A DNA stretch of 64,000 nt. Origin: Patellaria atrata CBS 101060. Its lineage: Eukaryota. The notes below the pieces were generated by a model, which was not told the origin of the DNA, searched no databases, and was given only the letters and a program-made list of their open reading frames with translations. The stretch spans positions 1,320,350-1,384,349 of the forward strand of contig MU006092.1 in NCBI GenBank assembly GCA_010093705.1, written 5' to 3'. Positions 37,373-49,282 of the stretch are shown one piece after another; the stretch's first letter is position 1, and each line of letters opens with the position of its first letter. Both the position numbers and the translations under genes were made by a program.

Positions 37373-40258
37373 ATGGCATCCAATTCTCATATCGATCCAA
37401 GACTTCAGCAACCTACACATTCTGTCTTCGGCAATGTTCCAGCAGTAACGGGGGAGTCTCCAGGCTCCGCGAGCGCGAACAGCAATGCTACTTCGCGACA
37501 GCCATACTATCTACCTTCGACCCATGCACACCAGAATGCGCCAGCATCTGCAACCACGAGGGTCAGCGAGCCTGAAGCCATGGACGAGGAAACTCCAGAA
37601 GACGAGCAGGATAACGAGCATGAACCGGATGCGGGCCAAAATGGGTGAGTCTCGTAATTTCTTCATCGAAGCAAGATCCTGCGCGGCCGAGGGAGTGTGG
37701 AATGCATCAACTTACATATCTCTAGTGATACCGGGCAACAGCCGGGCCAAAAGGAGGGCAAACGTCCTCGAGCATGCGATGCATGTAGATCACTGAAAGT
37801 CAAATGCGATCAAGAGCCCACCCAACCTCAGGTACCATGTAAACGATGCGCGAAAGCTGGCCGGCAATGTATTACAACTCCCCCGACGCGTAAAAGGCAG
37901 AAGAAGGCGGATAGCCGAGTTGCCGAGCTTGAAAAGAAAATCGATGCACTTACAGCTACATTATCAGCTCAGAGGGCTGGCAGAACAGGAGACCATGGCA
38001 TGTATCCTCCCGTGGAACCTTCACCACATTCCGCATCGCCTTATACGCACACATCGCCCTCATTGTCCCACTCACAATCCAATCATGGATCTTCCAGGAA
38101 TGATCAGAATTCACCGATGGAACCACCTTCGAGAAACGATAGCTTTGCGAATAAGCGTCGACGACTAGAGAACGAGCGTTCATATGCGGTAGGACTTTTT
38201 GAACCGTTGATTGATTAACTACAGCTTTATGCTAACTTTATTCCAGAATGAAATCAGAAGGAACAGCCCCGAATGTCGTATCGGAGGACCGGACTCAATG
38301 CCACAGTTCTGGCACAACTTAACGGAGAAACGACAGCTCGTCTTTGACCACTCAGACATCGGCCGAAAGTTGGATAAGTTCATGGATGCAGGTTTGATAG
38401 AGCGTATCTTTCAACATTATGTCAAGGGAATTATGCCACAGTTCCCCGCTGTGATCGTATCTTCAGATACAACGGCTGCAGATCTACGAGCACAGAAGCC
38501 TATACTTTTCCTGTCGATCCTTGCGTCATCATGTTTTGGCATGACTCCAGCCGTACCACTGAACGTACAGAGGGAACTGCAGAAAATACTTAAGGACCAA
38601 TTGGCGGACTCGCTACTGAGGAACTTCGAAAAATCACTGGAACTGATACAAGCTCTTCAAGTCACAACGCTGTGGTATCGTCCACCTCCTTATTTTGAGC
38701 AGCACAACTTTCACCAAAACGTCCACTTAGCATGTGTCATGTGTATGGACATCGGACTTAATAGGCGGACAAAGTCTCCTAGACTACGAATCGGCGCGTC
38801 CCCGTTCCGCAACGATCTAGCTGATCCCGATTCAGTTGAAGCAAGAAGAGCCTGGCTGGTTTGTTATTTACTTTCTATGAGTATTACAATGGTTCACAGG
38901 AGACCGATGTTTCTTCGTTTCGACAAATACCTGGATGAATGCCTCAGTATACTACAGGAGTCACCAAATGCTGTAGCCTCTGATAGGATCATGATACAAC
39001 ATGTCAAACTTGCGCATATTGCGGAAGAGGTTGCGCAACACTTCGCCATGGACGACGCCTCGGGAGATGTTTCTATGGCGGATGCTAAAGTTCAGTATCA
39101 ATTGAAGGTAATGGAGAATCAGTTGCGGGATTGTAATATCGATACCGATAACAGTGAGTCTTTGTCCTCCTTTCCAGTTTGACACGTTCTGCGGCTTGGG
39201 CTGACCCGCGGATAGTTTCCCTACGAATCAACAAGCACGTCACAAATCTGTACATTCATGAAATTGCGTTACATTTCAAGCATAATACAGACGATTTAGG
39301 GGGTATACCTTCACATCCCAGTATATATGTTTCCTACATTCAAACCCTTCCAACCCAACTTCCGTCTACACAACCCAAGCTAATCACTTCCCATATAGCA
39401 CCCTGGACAGAAGAAACTTTCAAATCCGCTCGTGAAGCCGAACTCTTCGGCGCCTCCCACATCGCCGCCATATCCGACTGCGTCAGCGGCTGCCACGGCA
39501 TCCTAGACTCCTACCTCGCGCTACCTTGCGAAACCATCTTCACGCTCCCTCTCATCTTCTCCGTCCGCTGTATCTTCTCGACCGTCTGCCTCATGAAACT
39601 CTGGGTCGCCGTCACGACACCTGGAGAAATCGGCCTCGTGATCAAGAAAGAAGACCTCCGCCTCGAATACTTCTTCGAGGCCCTCCTCCGCCTCTTCCAA
39701 CAAATGGTCGACAAAGACTCGAATTGCCCGCACGCCAAATTCCTCTTCATCAGCCGCATGCTCAAGGAGCGCTTCGTCCAGCTCAAGTCCCCCGAGGGCG
39801 CCCGCGAAGAGAGGAGTATCAGACAGCAGGCCATCGAGACGCAGGAGATATTGCAGAGACAAAGTACGGGTGGGGCGGGGACGCAGCAGAGTCCACTACA
39901 CCTCCTCAGCGAGGTGGCGATGGGTTCTAGTCCCAATGCCTCCAATCTCCCGGCTTCCAGTACCGCTAACTACGACCCCCAACTCATCGCCCCGCAGATC
40001 GCGAGAGGTATCATACCCCCGGCGCAGCAGCAACAGACGCCCTGGCCCCCGTACGATCCTGGCAATATGCTGCAGAGCCAGCAGGCATGGATGGGGATCG
40101 ATACAGGCTTTGATCTTGGTGGCGCTCTTGGTGGGTACGATTTGGATCTTGATCTCGGTGGTAGTAGTGAGGCGTTGCAGTATTGGCTTGATCCTATGTG
40201 GAGCGCGGGCGGGTATGGGGCCCCGGGCGTAGGGTTCTCCGGCGCGGCTGGGAATTAA
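37373..40258 (+). CDS. Zn(II)2Cys6 transcription factor (War1-like architecture), ~5 exons
   Basis: KRPRACDACRSLKVKCD..CKRCAKAGRQC followed by RKRQKKADSRVAELEKKIDAL coiled coil. Middle homology region (SLELIQALQV, EARRAWLVCY). Introns at ~37645-37725, 38189-38246, 39154-39215 and 39302-39398. Confidence 0.92.
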
Positions 40259-41410
40259 TAGGGCCTTTTGTGAGGTTGGAGGGTTATGAGGGGTGCTGTG
40301 TTTGTGCTGCTGGTACGAAGAATAGCGGTACCGTTGGTATGGGACGTTGATGGAACAATACTATTGGTATGAAGGGTAAGGACGCGGCGGATTTGTATCA
40401 TATAAATGTGGAGGATACCCTATCCCACCCTCCTTTTGCATCCGGTGTTTCGGAGTGTTCAAGATAGATGTGATATTCGGGCTAAGTCATATGAATCACG
40501 ACGGGGAAGCAGAACTGTATATTACCTAGATGGAGAGGGAGATACCCCACTCTTACATATCTTGCGTTTAGAGGAATGAGAAATGTACTGTACAATACAA
40601 TACAGTATGCGTTTGCAGTATAGTAAGCTACATGTACGCGAGAAGCCCACTCTACTCATCCCGTTATTCGGTTCATCTCTTACCCACTCATGAGGTTAGG
40701 CACCTCAGTCATCCGCCGAAACCACTGCACCCCTTATACTACCACACACCTGAACCCTCCACTCGAACTAATACATATCATCCCCGCTTTCTCATTTCCG
40801 TCCATATAGAACATGTGCTAATGGTAAACGGAGACTGGATATCGATCTGTATTATATCCTTTGTATCCTCCGTACCTTTTATATCCTCCCCGGTTACAGG
40901 ACCCAACTTCAGTTTTGGCGTCAGTGTAGTGTGTACAATACTGTACCGTACGCATTCATCCACACGGGAGATGGGGGATGTGAGATGTGTACGTGCTGTA
41001 TACTGTACGATGTACTGAAAAGAGTCTTCTCCGACTGAGGTAGGGTGGGCGGAGAGGTTGTGATTGCGGTATCTGAGGATAGGGGGGAGGTGTGGTGAGG
41101 TAAATGCCAGATCGAAAATAGTAATCCAAGCCATCATAAGCTACTAGAAGTTTTACAGATATGTACATGAAAGGTCGTATTTACATGATATCCGTAGACT
41201 CCATGGTTCTACCCATCCCCTATCCTCTCCCTTCTAAGAAGCACCCCAGAACAGGTATCGAGACAACTAGCTATGCACCGAAGTATGTACACGAATCGTA
41301 CAAATTCCGAAGAAAGCTGACGGGAAGTGCGACATATAGAAACAGATGTGAGAGTATATATACAGTGACCGCAGAACGGTCAAGAAAACGAGATACGAGA
41401 CACGAGACGT

Positions 41411-43159
41411 CTATGACGACCTCATCGTCTTCCGTACCCGGTCATACTCCCCCAAATCGCCTCCATCGAAACACTCCAACCACTGACTCAACGCATCAGT
41501 GAAGTACTTCCTGCTAACCGCCCCGGGTGCAAACGTGGTACGGAAATCATAGCAGTGCTGCGCATTCGCGATATTATATCCAAAAATCTTATTCCTGCTC
41601 GTCGTAGCTCCACACGCAGGTATCGACTGGATCTCCTGCACCCTCGGCGCAAAAGGCTCAGAGCTAAGCGGACTGAGCGTTCGCCACGGGTCGAACTCGC
41701 CGCCGCTCCAGTACGTGTTCGAGGGTCTGATGTCCCAGCCGCCGAACTTGCGGTTGGTCTCGGCGGTGCGCGGCCATTCAGGGAGGAGGCCGGAGCGCCG
41801 TCCGGTCGGGAACTGACGGTGGCAGATGTCTTTCTGATGCTGGAGGGAGTTCCAGGAGGAGACGATCTGGTTGGGGCCGAGGTTGGCGGACTGCAGGAAC
41901 CCCCACTCGGTGCAGTATTGCCATGTCCAGGCGATCGAGGCCGGGTCGGTGAACTGGCGGTTAAGATCGCAGTCGGGTAGCAGCGCAGGGTTCACGTCCG
42001 GTCTGGTTTGGCCTTCGCAATTGGTTTCCAGGAAATCGTTCACGTTGGTTGCGAAGTCGCGCCATGTGGCCCACTGCTGGAGAACAAATTCGGGGCCTTT
42101 GGATGGGGCCCAGCCCTGAGCGGGAGAGGTTTTACCGGTTTTGGGGTCCGTGGCGATGTGGTCGCAGAAATCTCGAAGCAGGTATTCCACGCCGTAAGAC
42201 TGCCAATACCAAAAAATGGTGCTGAGAGCATCGGCAAAGACGGCGTTGGAGTTATTCTCGGCACCACGTCCAAGGAACTGCCTTTTGATCGCAGCGGCCT
42301 TTCGAGGTGATAGCATTGCCCTGTCAATGTATTTTATGGCAGCCTTGATATCAGAAGTGCAGTTGCCCCAGCCATAGTGGTTTAGACCCCTATACACCGG
42401 TTCAAAGTAGAATGACATATCCGTGCTCGCTTGAACTGGTGCAGAGGATGCGTAGGAGGCGAAAATCGTTTCGGGGTAGAATTTGCGCATGAAAGCAGCA
42501 CGCATACCGGGGTAGGAGCCACCGATGAAGATCCACGGAGTGGAGCCAGGAGTGAGATCAGCATTGATATTTGGGCGGGAAAAGTTTCTTGCGAAATATG
42601 GAACATCGGCAAGTGCCTGCATGGTATTGTGATATTTGAATGCCTTTGGTTGTGTTTGCAAATTTATAGGCTCAGGAGTAGATATTCCGTAAAATCGGTG
42701 TTCCCAAACGATTCCGATTCCACCGAATTGGTCCACGATTTGCTTGAAGAATGAGGTTCCATTCTTTAGTCTTGTCAAGGCGCTGTTCTCTGCGTTTGCT
42801 TCGCCTACGTCGTATATGAATACCGGCCCGCCAGGCTTGTAGCCCGACTCTGCTACCCAGAAACGGTTCTCAAATGTGCCCGCGCCGTTTCCAAAGTGAT
42901 CCAGGGGAATGGTGACGAATTCTTGTACGATGTTCTCCGTGGAGTCCGGGGGCGAGGTAGTTTGTCTTGTACGGAAGCCAAACGCAGCTCGGTCGACCTC
43001 GGGGGCATCCGAGTCGAGCATTGGTTTTCCATCAGGTCCTAGGCCAAGATCTGCAAGATCGGCATATTTCCTCGTGCCCACCATAGCTGTAACTTGGACA
43101 TTTTGAAGTGAAGAGTATAGGGCGAGGGCAAAAGCCGACAACCGAGAGAGAAAACGCAT
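41411..43159 (-). CDS. Secreted serine peptidase, family S28 (prolylcarboxypeptidase/EDA2-like)
   Basis: Signal peptide, IPLDHF, WEHRFYGIS, QALADVPYFA, nucleophile motif GGSYPG, ASSAPV, WTWQYCTEWG, GEFDPWR, AQHCYD. Single 582-aa ORF. Confidence 0.95.
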   Translation of the reverse strand: MRFLSRLSAFALALYSSLQNVQVTAMVGTRKYADLADLGLGPDGKPMLDSDAPEVDRAAFGFRTRQTTSPPDSTENIVQEFVTIPLDHFGNGAGTFENRFWVAESGYKPGGPVFIYDVGEANAENSALTRLKNGTSFFKQIVDQFGGIGIVWEHRFYGISTPEPINLQTQPKAFKYHNTMQALADVPYFARNFSRPNINADLTPGSTPWIFIGGSYPGMRAAFMRKFYPETIFASYASSAPVQASTDMSFYFEPVYRGLNHYGWGNCTSDIKAAIKYIDRAMLSPRKAAAIKRQFLGRGAENNSNAVFADALSTIFWYWQSYGVEYLLRDFCDHIATDPKTGKTSPAQGWAPSKGPEFVLQQWATWRDFATNVNDFLETNCEGQTRPDVNPALLPDCDLNRQFTDPASIAWTWQYCTEWGFLQSANLGPNQIVSSWNSLQHQKDICHRQFPTGRRSGLLPEWPRTAETNRKFGGWDIRPSNTYWSGGEFDPWRTLSPLSSEPFAPRVQEIQSIPACGATTSRNKIFGYNIANAQHCYDFRTTFAPGAVSRKYFTDALSQWLECFDGGDLGEYDRVRKTMRSS

Positions 43160-43956
43160 GATGAAGATGCTCGTGAAATTGAGGAGAACTCCTTTCGAGC
43201 GAAGGCGAAGAAGAGACTCAATTTGCTAGTAAAAGCAATTGAATTCTTCTAAAGAACGAAGTTAGAGAACAAGAGCAAAAAAACTCTTGTGTACAGAAAG
43301 GAAGAATAGAAAGACAGTGCTATAAGTACTTGAAATTGTCATGCTGAAAAAAGGGCAGACAGGATACCGAGCTTGAACTCGGCGCCACCAAGTAAATTAA
43401 TTCATGGTCTGGTGAGAGTCTTGGAGCTGGGGTATCAGGGTTGTAAACGCGGTAATGCGATTTTTGGGCAGTGTAGATCCAAACATTTTTTCGCCGCCTG
43501 CCTAAATAGGCAGGGATATCATCACTGCTCGTCCTAGGATTGAAGCCGGCTACATGCACAGTGCACGACCTTCCTATCGCGTAGTGTCGCGCCGCATGGA
43601 CACAACAATCTACATGTAGATTGAAAAACCGTGATTTGAATTCTGAAGCTGTTTTCCAAAGGCCACGGACACCATGTGGGTTCTATACAGGGAATAGCTC
43701 ATCCACTGAAGATCTTGATAGTCGGCGAAGATAGCACATAGTGAGAAGGTCTTAGAACTGGTTTCTTGTGACTGAGGGCCACCGTCAAAAAGAGATATTA
43801 ATCCGTTTCCCATGAGAGACAGACTTATATGAATGCAGGGCGAGACTTTCATCGATACAGAAGTGATTTGCGAGTGGTAACGGTACACATCTCGTGTTGA
43901 ACTGAGACGTGATTGGATGTTGAAATAATAAATGTGTCCAGAACAAGGGGATGTGC

Positions 43957-43988
43957 TTGGTGGTCTTCTTGGTGGTCTTCTTGGTGGT
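43957..43988. repeat. 12-bp tandem repeat (cttggtggtctt) x~2.7
   Basis: cttggtggtcttcttggtggtcttcttggtggt. Confidence 0.7.
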
Positions 43989-44624
43989 TGGACAAGCTTT
44001 AACCGTCATGTACAGATGTACGATCATCGGTAACTAAGATATTTCCTACCCAACGTCGATAGAGCTCTCGCCTCAGTAGTGGAGCCCATATGTTAAGAAT
44101 AGCCCCGATCTAAGAGACCGCGGAGAGGACAGTTGATGGAAATGTACGTAACATGGACATTCGGATCCGACAACACCAACTCACCAAGGTGATGAGCCTG
44201 AATTCCAGCCGTCACCTGGCTTCTTATACCCGATGTGCATACATGCGGAAGATAACAGCCAAAAGCTTAGTTGTAAGCGAGACGAGGCTTCTATTTAGAC
44301 GTTTCGTGAAGCGCGAGTCGTAAAGTTCTACCGCGTTGGAACTTGGGAAGAGCCCATGAGAAGGTTAGCAATTCTGATATATCAACACTCACCGATAATC
44401 GCTTGTTGTGGAGTAGAGATTATTTTGCTGAACGTACCGCAAAGGCGAGGTCTGAAGTGTCAAGGGATCGGGTTGGAGGCACAGAACCTAAATTGTCCCG
44501 CCCATTGGCCCGAGCTTGATCCGCAGATTCTCCGTGTACGCAGTTCGTACCCCTTATACCAACGACTTCATGCATTCACCTCATCAGTCGCTTTTCATCC
44601 CATGCGTAAGAGATAGTGGCGAAC

Positions 44625-47091
44625 ATGCAGAGTTACACTCGTGATGGGGCGAGCAATCATGGCGATAATCGACCTCAGAAGAGAAAAAGGCTTACCTACT
44701 CTTGCCTCAACTGTCGACGCCGTAAGCTGAAATGTGATCGAGAAATGCCCTGCTCGCGATGTCGACAAGCAGGGGATGGGAATTCGTGCAATTACGGGAA
44801 TTCTCCATCGCAGTCATTGAATGTACCGGTTGAGAAACGAATTACAACACCGTCCGTTCAAAATCAAAGCTTCACTGGTGACAATCAAACCCAGAGTTCA
44901 TCCTCTTCATCTGCTCAAACTGGTTCCGAAGAGTTTACTTCCCAACTTGTTTCTCAAGCACGCATGGAAAGTAAAATTGAAACTAAACGAATATCTTCTG
45001 CTGATTCAGAATCTCGCCGAATGATATTAGAGGCTCCCTTTTCATCCAGAACACAGAATACGAATATACGTAACTTTTCATCTCCTGGGGACCATCTATC
45101 CCAGAGTCGGGAGCAGCAAGTTCCTCATGCTAACAAACCGCTTTTTAAAAGGAAAGGGTTTGAAATACAGTTCTACGGCTCTAGTACATCAACAAACACT
45201 ATTGCCCAGGTAAAAGGCTAGAACTAATTGGAAAACATACGCTGATTTCATCTCAATAGTTACCCGAGTTGAGAGAATTTATGGATAAAGCACGTGGAAC
45301 ACTGCCACACCACTCTACTTTGAATCATTATCGCACGAAGATGAAGAATATGACCAAGCTCAAAGCTGAAATCGATCATACAAATAGTGATCACCTACGC
45401 ACTTATTCTACCGACAAGGAACTTATGGACCTTTTGCCGGCGAGATCTAGCGTTGACTTAATGATAGAGCAATATCTATCTACTTTCGAGCTATTTTATT
45501 GTGTCCTTGATGAGTCGTTTTTCAGGCAAGAGTACCAGATATTCTGGGAACGACCCGAAAGATGTAGAACGGGGTTCATTGCAGTGATTCTTTTGACTAT
45601 GGCCGCAGTCGTTTGTTGTTCCCAGAAAGAGCCTTTCATATATACCGGCGTTGACTCCACTGGCCGAAAAACGGCCCTTGAGTGGATTCGTGCAGCAGAA
45701 TCCTGGCTTGATAATCAGAGCAAAAAGCATACTACTCTTGGTTTCTTTCAGGTGCATTGTCTCCTCCTGATAGCGAAACAGATGAATATGGTTAAGATGA
45801 AGCAGAACTGGGTCAACGCCGGCTCTGTTTTCCGTATTGCCATGATGAGTGGGTTCCACCGCAACCCTAAGCTTCTTGCAGACAAAATCAGCGATCAAGA
45901 CCAATCAATGCGCAATCGACTGTGGTTGACTATTATCGAACTCGAACTTCAGGCGTCATTCGATAGAGGCATGCCTTCAGCTTCTGCAGCGCTCCCGTCT
46001 GATTATTTATCTCCGCACGGCGATCGCTATGGATTTCAACCATCATGTACAGACTCGACGGTATCGCATATATTGAACTCCGAGTCATTACCTCCTAATC
46101 GATTTTGTAAGGATAGCTTTTCATTGAGATGCACTCTCAATTCTCTCATCAATAACACGGACGCAGCCGTCTCGCAACAGGATAGATCATATTATGACGA
46201 AAAACTGTTATCAAAGGCTGAGAACCTGGAAAACTACTTCCAACCCAAAAATTCTCAATCTTCAAAAGACCGTTTGGTGTTCCTCTTTCTAGACAATCAG
46301 CTTCGCCAATACTTTGATGCTCTCTATGCTCCTTTTGCACGAAGCACTGGAACGACATGGCGAAATGCATACTCAAGAGTCGCATACCTTCATACGGCAA
46401 CTAAATTAATCGAACAACATCATCAACTAGTCGCTATGGGGCGTTATGAGTTGCTGCTTCTCCGGGACGATATTGTAAGGGTTGGTCTAGGCTTATGTCA
46501 CGTTGTGTTTTCGTGGGGCCATGTTCCAGGTAAGTGGTGGGTAAGAATTGGAAATCTCGTAACTCATCACACCCTCAGAAGATCCACTGTTCCAGGGTAT
46601 TCTAAATTCCTTCCGACAACTTCTTGAAAAGGCTCTTTTGATGCTCGAAGCTAAGGTTCTCCGCCTTGGTTGCGGTTACAAACAATACTGGTATCTCTCT
46701 GCTGGCTATTCCTTCGTTCTTTCCACCCTTCCTGGGGCAGAAGAACGAAAGTTTTATATGAACCAAGCATTGGATAGAGTTGCACTTCTGTATCAGAAAG
46801 TTCTTGCAGCACAATCCGTACCAGAGCTCGAGGTGTGAACAGAAATACCATTGCATAAACATTAGTACCAGTCGGCTCACGAGACAACAGGAAGAACATC
46901 GTGTTTTAGAGACAGGACAACAAACTCAGAGCATTCACCAGAATCGTTGTGGAGTTCAATTTGAGATTGAGGTAATTAACACAACTTATATCTAGCTACT
47001 ATCATCTGATATGATCCAGCAACCAGGTTACGAACACTATGATTTCCTTGATCCAGATTTTGGCGTGAACTGGCCATTTGACGATCTCTGA
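44625..47091 (+). CDS. Zn(II)2Cys6 transcription factor with Fungal_trans domain, multi-exon
   Basis: RKRLTYSCLNCRRRKLKCDREMPCSRC...SCNY; FYGSSTS; intron 45210-45259; LLPARSSVD..YLSTFE, RIAMMSGFHRNP, MRNRLWLTIIELELQASFDRGMP; acidic aromatic tail YDFLDPDFGVNWPFDDL*. The 3' exon structure is approximate. Confidence 0.88.
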
Positions 47092-47906
47092 CCTCTGGAA
47101 TACCCCACTGACTAAATTTTCTATAAAATATATTGACTACTCGGGGTCTAGCCGCCGAGGAGAGTAGGCGTACCGTGGCTCCCGGGGCATAGTATGTCTA
47201 GGCGACCTGCCGTCCGTATGGCAAATATAGATATTTCACGCGCTTAGGATATAATGTCAATATCTAGCAGCTTGCTCAGTATATTCTACGTCTAAGCCAC
47301 GTAATGGGATATAAGCATACATATAATTTTACGAATGCGAGTCGTATTCCGAACTCCAAAGCGTCAACGACTCAAACGGAACAAACTATTCAAGAAACGC
47401 CGCTAGTATATGCAGGACGTCAACTCCACGTTTATAAAATTAGATTGTTTCTCTAACCCAAGATCTCTTAGCTATCGCAAGCGAGCTCGTATCCCCCGAT
47501 CCTTCTAGGGCGAGATCTAAATACTAAACCTGGGAAACAATATCTTTCACACACAACCATATTGCTCGTACCCTCAATATTAGAATCACCCACGGCCTGT
47601 CCTATCGACGAAAACTCGAGCGACGCGGGATGCTTCCGTGTCACATGCTAGGTACGACTACCCCCTCCACTATTCCAGCTTTCTACTAGAGCTGGTAATC
47701 AATGACACAACTGCTATATGTAAGCGCATTGAAATGTACTATCTTCAGTCCTGTAATAATCCCCTTGTCATAAGTTAAAGCGGATCAAAGCTCATATCTT
47801 TTGTTCCTCTTCTGAACTCCATCTAAATTTTATCATTAGAAACTGTATACCCCAAAAGAAGCATCATCCTTCCAACGAAAATATATTCCGACAAGAGTCC
47901 TCCGCC

Positions 47907-49282
47907 TTAGACGTAAATGTAGCAAAATGGTGCACCACCAATCGTATTCATCGCATCCTTAATCTTGATCTCCCCTGCATTAACCCCAATATCCATATTG
48001 TCCTCCAACCGCGTCGGTCTGTCGCCCCCGAGCGTAGTATTTCCAGCTAATGCGAGCGTTCTCTTCGCAATATCCATATTCTGCCACGTCCACCACGTGC
48101 GATCGATATTAGCATGGTGTAGGTAGAACGCTGGATCGCCTGGGGAGGCAAAGAGATCACCGCCTGGATCACCACCGATCGTGAAATGCCCGCCCGTATG
48201 CACACCTGCGAAACCTGCCGGAAAATCACCCTGCATTCTTGATTGAAAGGCTGCGATATCCGGGTTCTGCAGTATCAGGTTTACGGCGTCAATGTCACGG
48301 TTCCAGCGCGAGGAGACGTAAGGGTTGATGTCTCGCCGTAGGCAGCGTGGGTTGTAGCCCATTCCTGGAAGCCATGGTCCAAGGGGGGGGGGCTCAATAT
48401 AGTCAACGCTGGGGAAGACAGGCCCGAGGTTTACTTTCATGCTGAGAAGAGCATGTGTTAGCTTATGCTCCAAGGGAGAGGTGCAGATGAACCTACTTTG
48501 CGAATGGCCCGTCAGTGACGCACCCACCACCGGGGCCTTCAGGAATGGAGATGTTGACCGGCGGGAAATTGAACGGGATAGCGACGGGTCTCTTCTTCTT
48601 GTAAGCTCCATTGCCGCTCATTGAGTAGTCCGAACCGTCGAAGAGGGGTGAACTCTCGGGGTCTTCAGCCCATCTACCCCAGTTCCAGTACGGCTGGTAG
48701 CCGGTATAGCCGCATTCATTACGGAGGGCTTGTTCATAAGTCCAAGTGAAGTAGCGGTGCCATACGAGGAAGTTACCCTAGATCATCTCAGTGAGTTCTT
48801 CACTGAGTAGCAGTAGCAAAGGACCTACCGTCCCATGGATTTGACTAGTTTGATTAATGTGGGTTGCCACAAAATCGTCAAATCGACTCTTTGCGCCAGG
48901 AACAAAGATGGAATTCATCTTTGACTTTTTCGATTGGAGGCAAAGGACGGCGTCAATATATTTTCTGCGTTCGATTTTGGACAACGAACCCCTTCTTCTA
49001 TAAGCTGACTGTGTTTGCATCAAGACGTCCCATCGATTCAACTCACCATTCTCGTCTTACGGCAACGTTGTCTAAGGTACAACTGTTTGATGGGTAGCCA
49101 TTCTTGCCCACGTATGCGGCAAGATTTCTGTTCGCAAGGGCAGCTAAATAATCACTGCCAGCACCAGGATATGTTGTTGCCAGCTGTTGAGCCGACTCAG
49201 CACGCTTGTCAAAGTTATTGATGACAGCTCCATTGACAAGAGTGTATAGCTGAGCAACCAAAAATATCCTCAGAATGATCAT
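47907..49282 (-). CDS. Secreted tyrosinase-like di-copper-centre protein, 4 exons
   Basis: Signal peptide MIILRIFLVAQLYTLVNG, CTLDNVAVRREW, YIDAVLCL, CuA FDDFVATH..IHGT|GNFLVWHRYF, YQPYWNW, NPRCLRRD, CuB VHTGGH...SPGDPAFYLHHANIDR, C-terminal FCYIY. Confidence 0.94.

Noticed and set aside
41411..49282. Ustiloxin-type RiPP cluster (tyrosinase + peptidase + MFS + TF)
   Set aside because: No Kex2-repeat precursor peptide or DUF3328/UstY gene is visible, and the peptidase is S28, not S41
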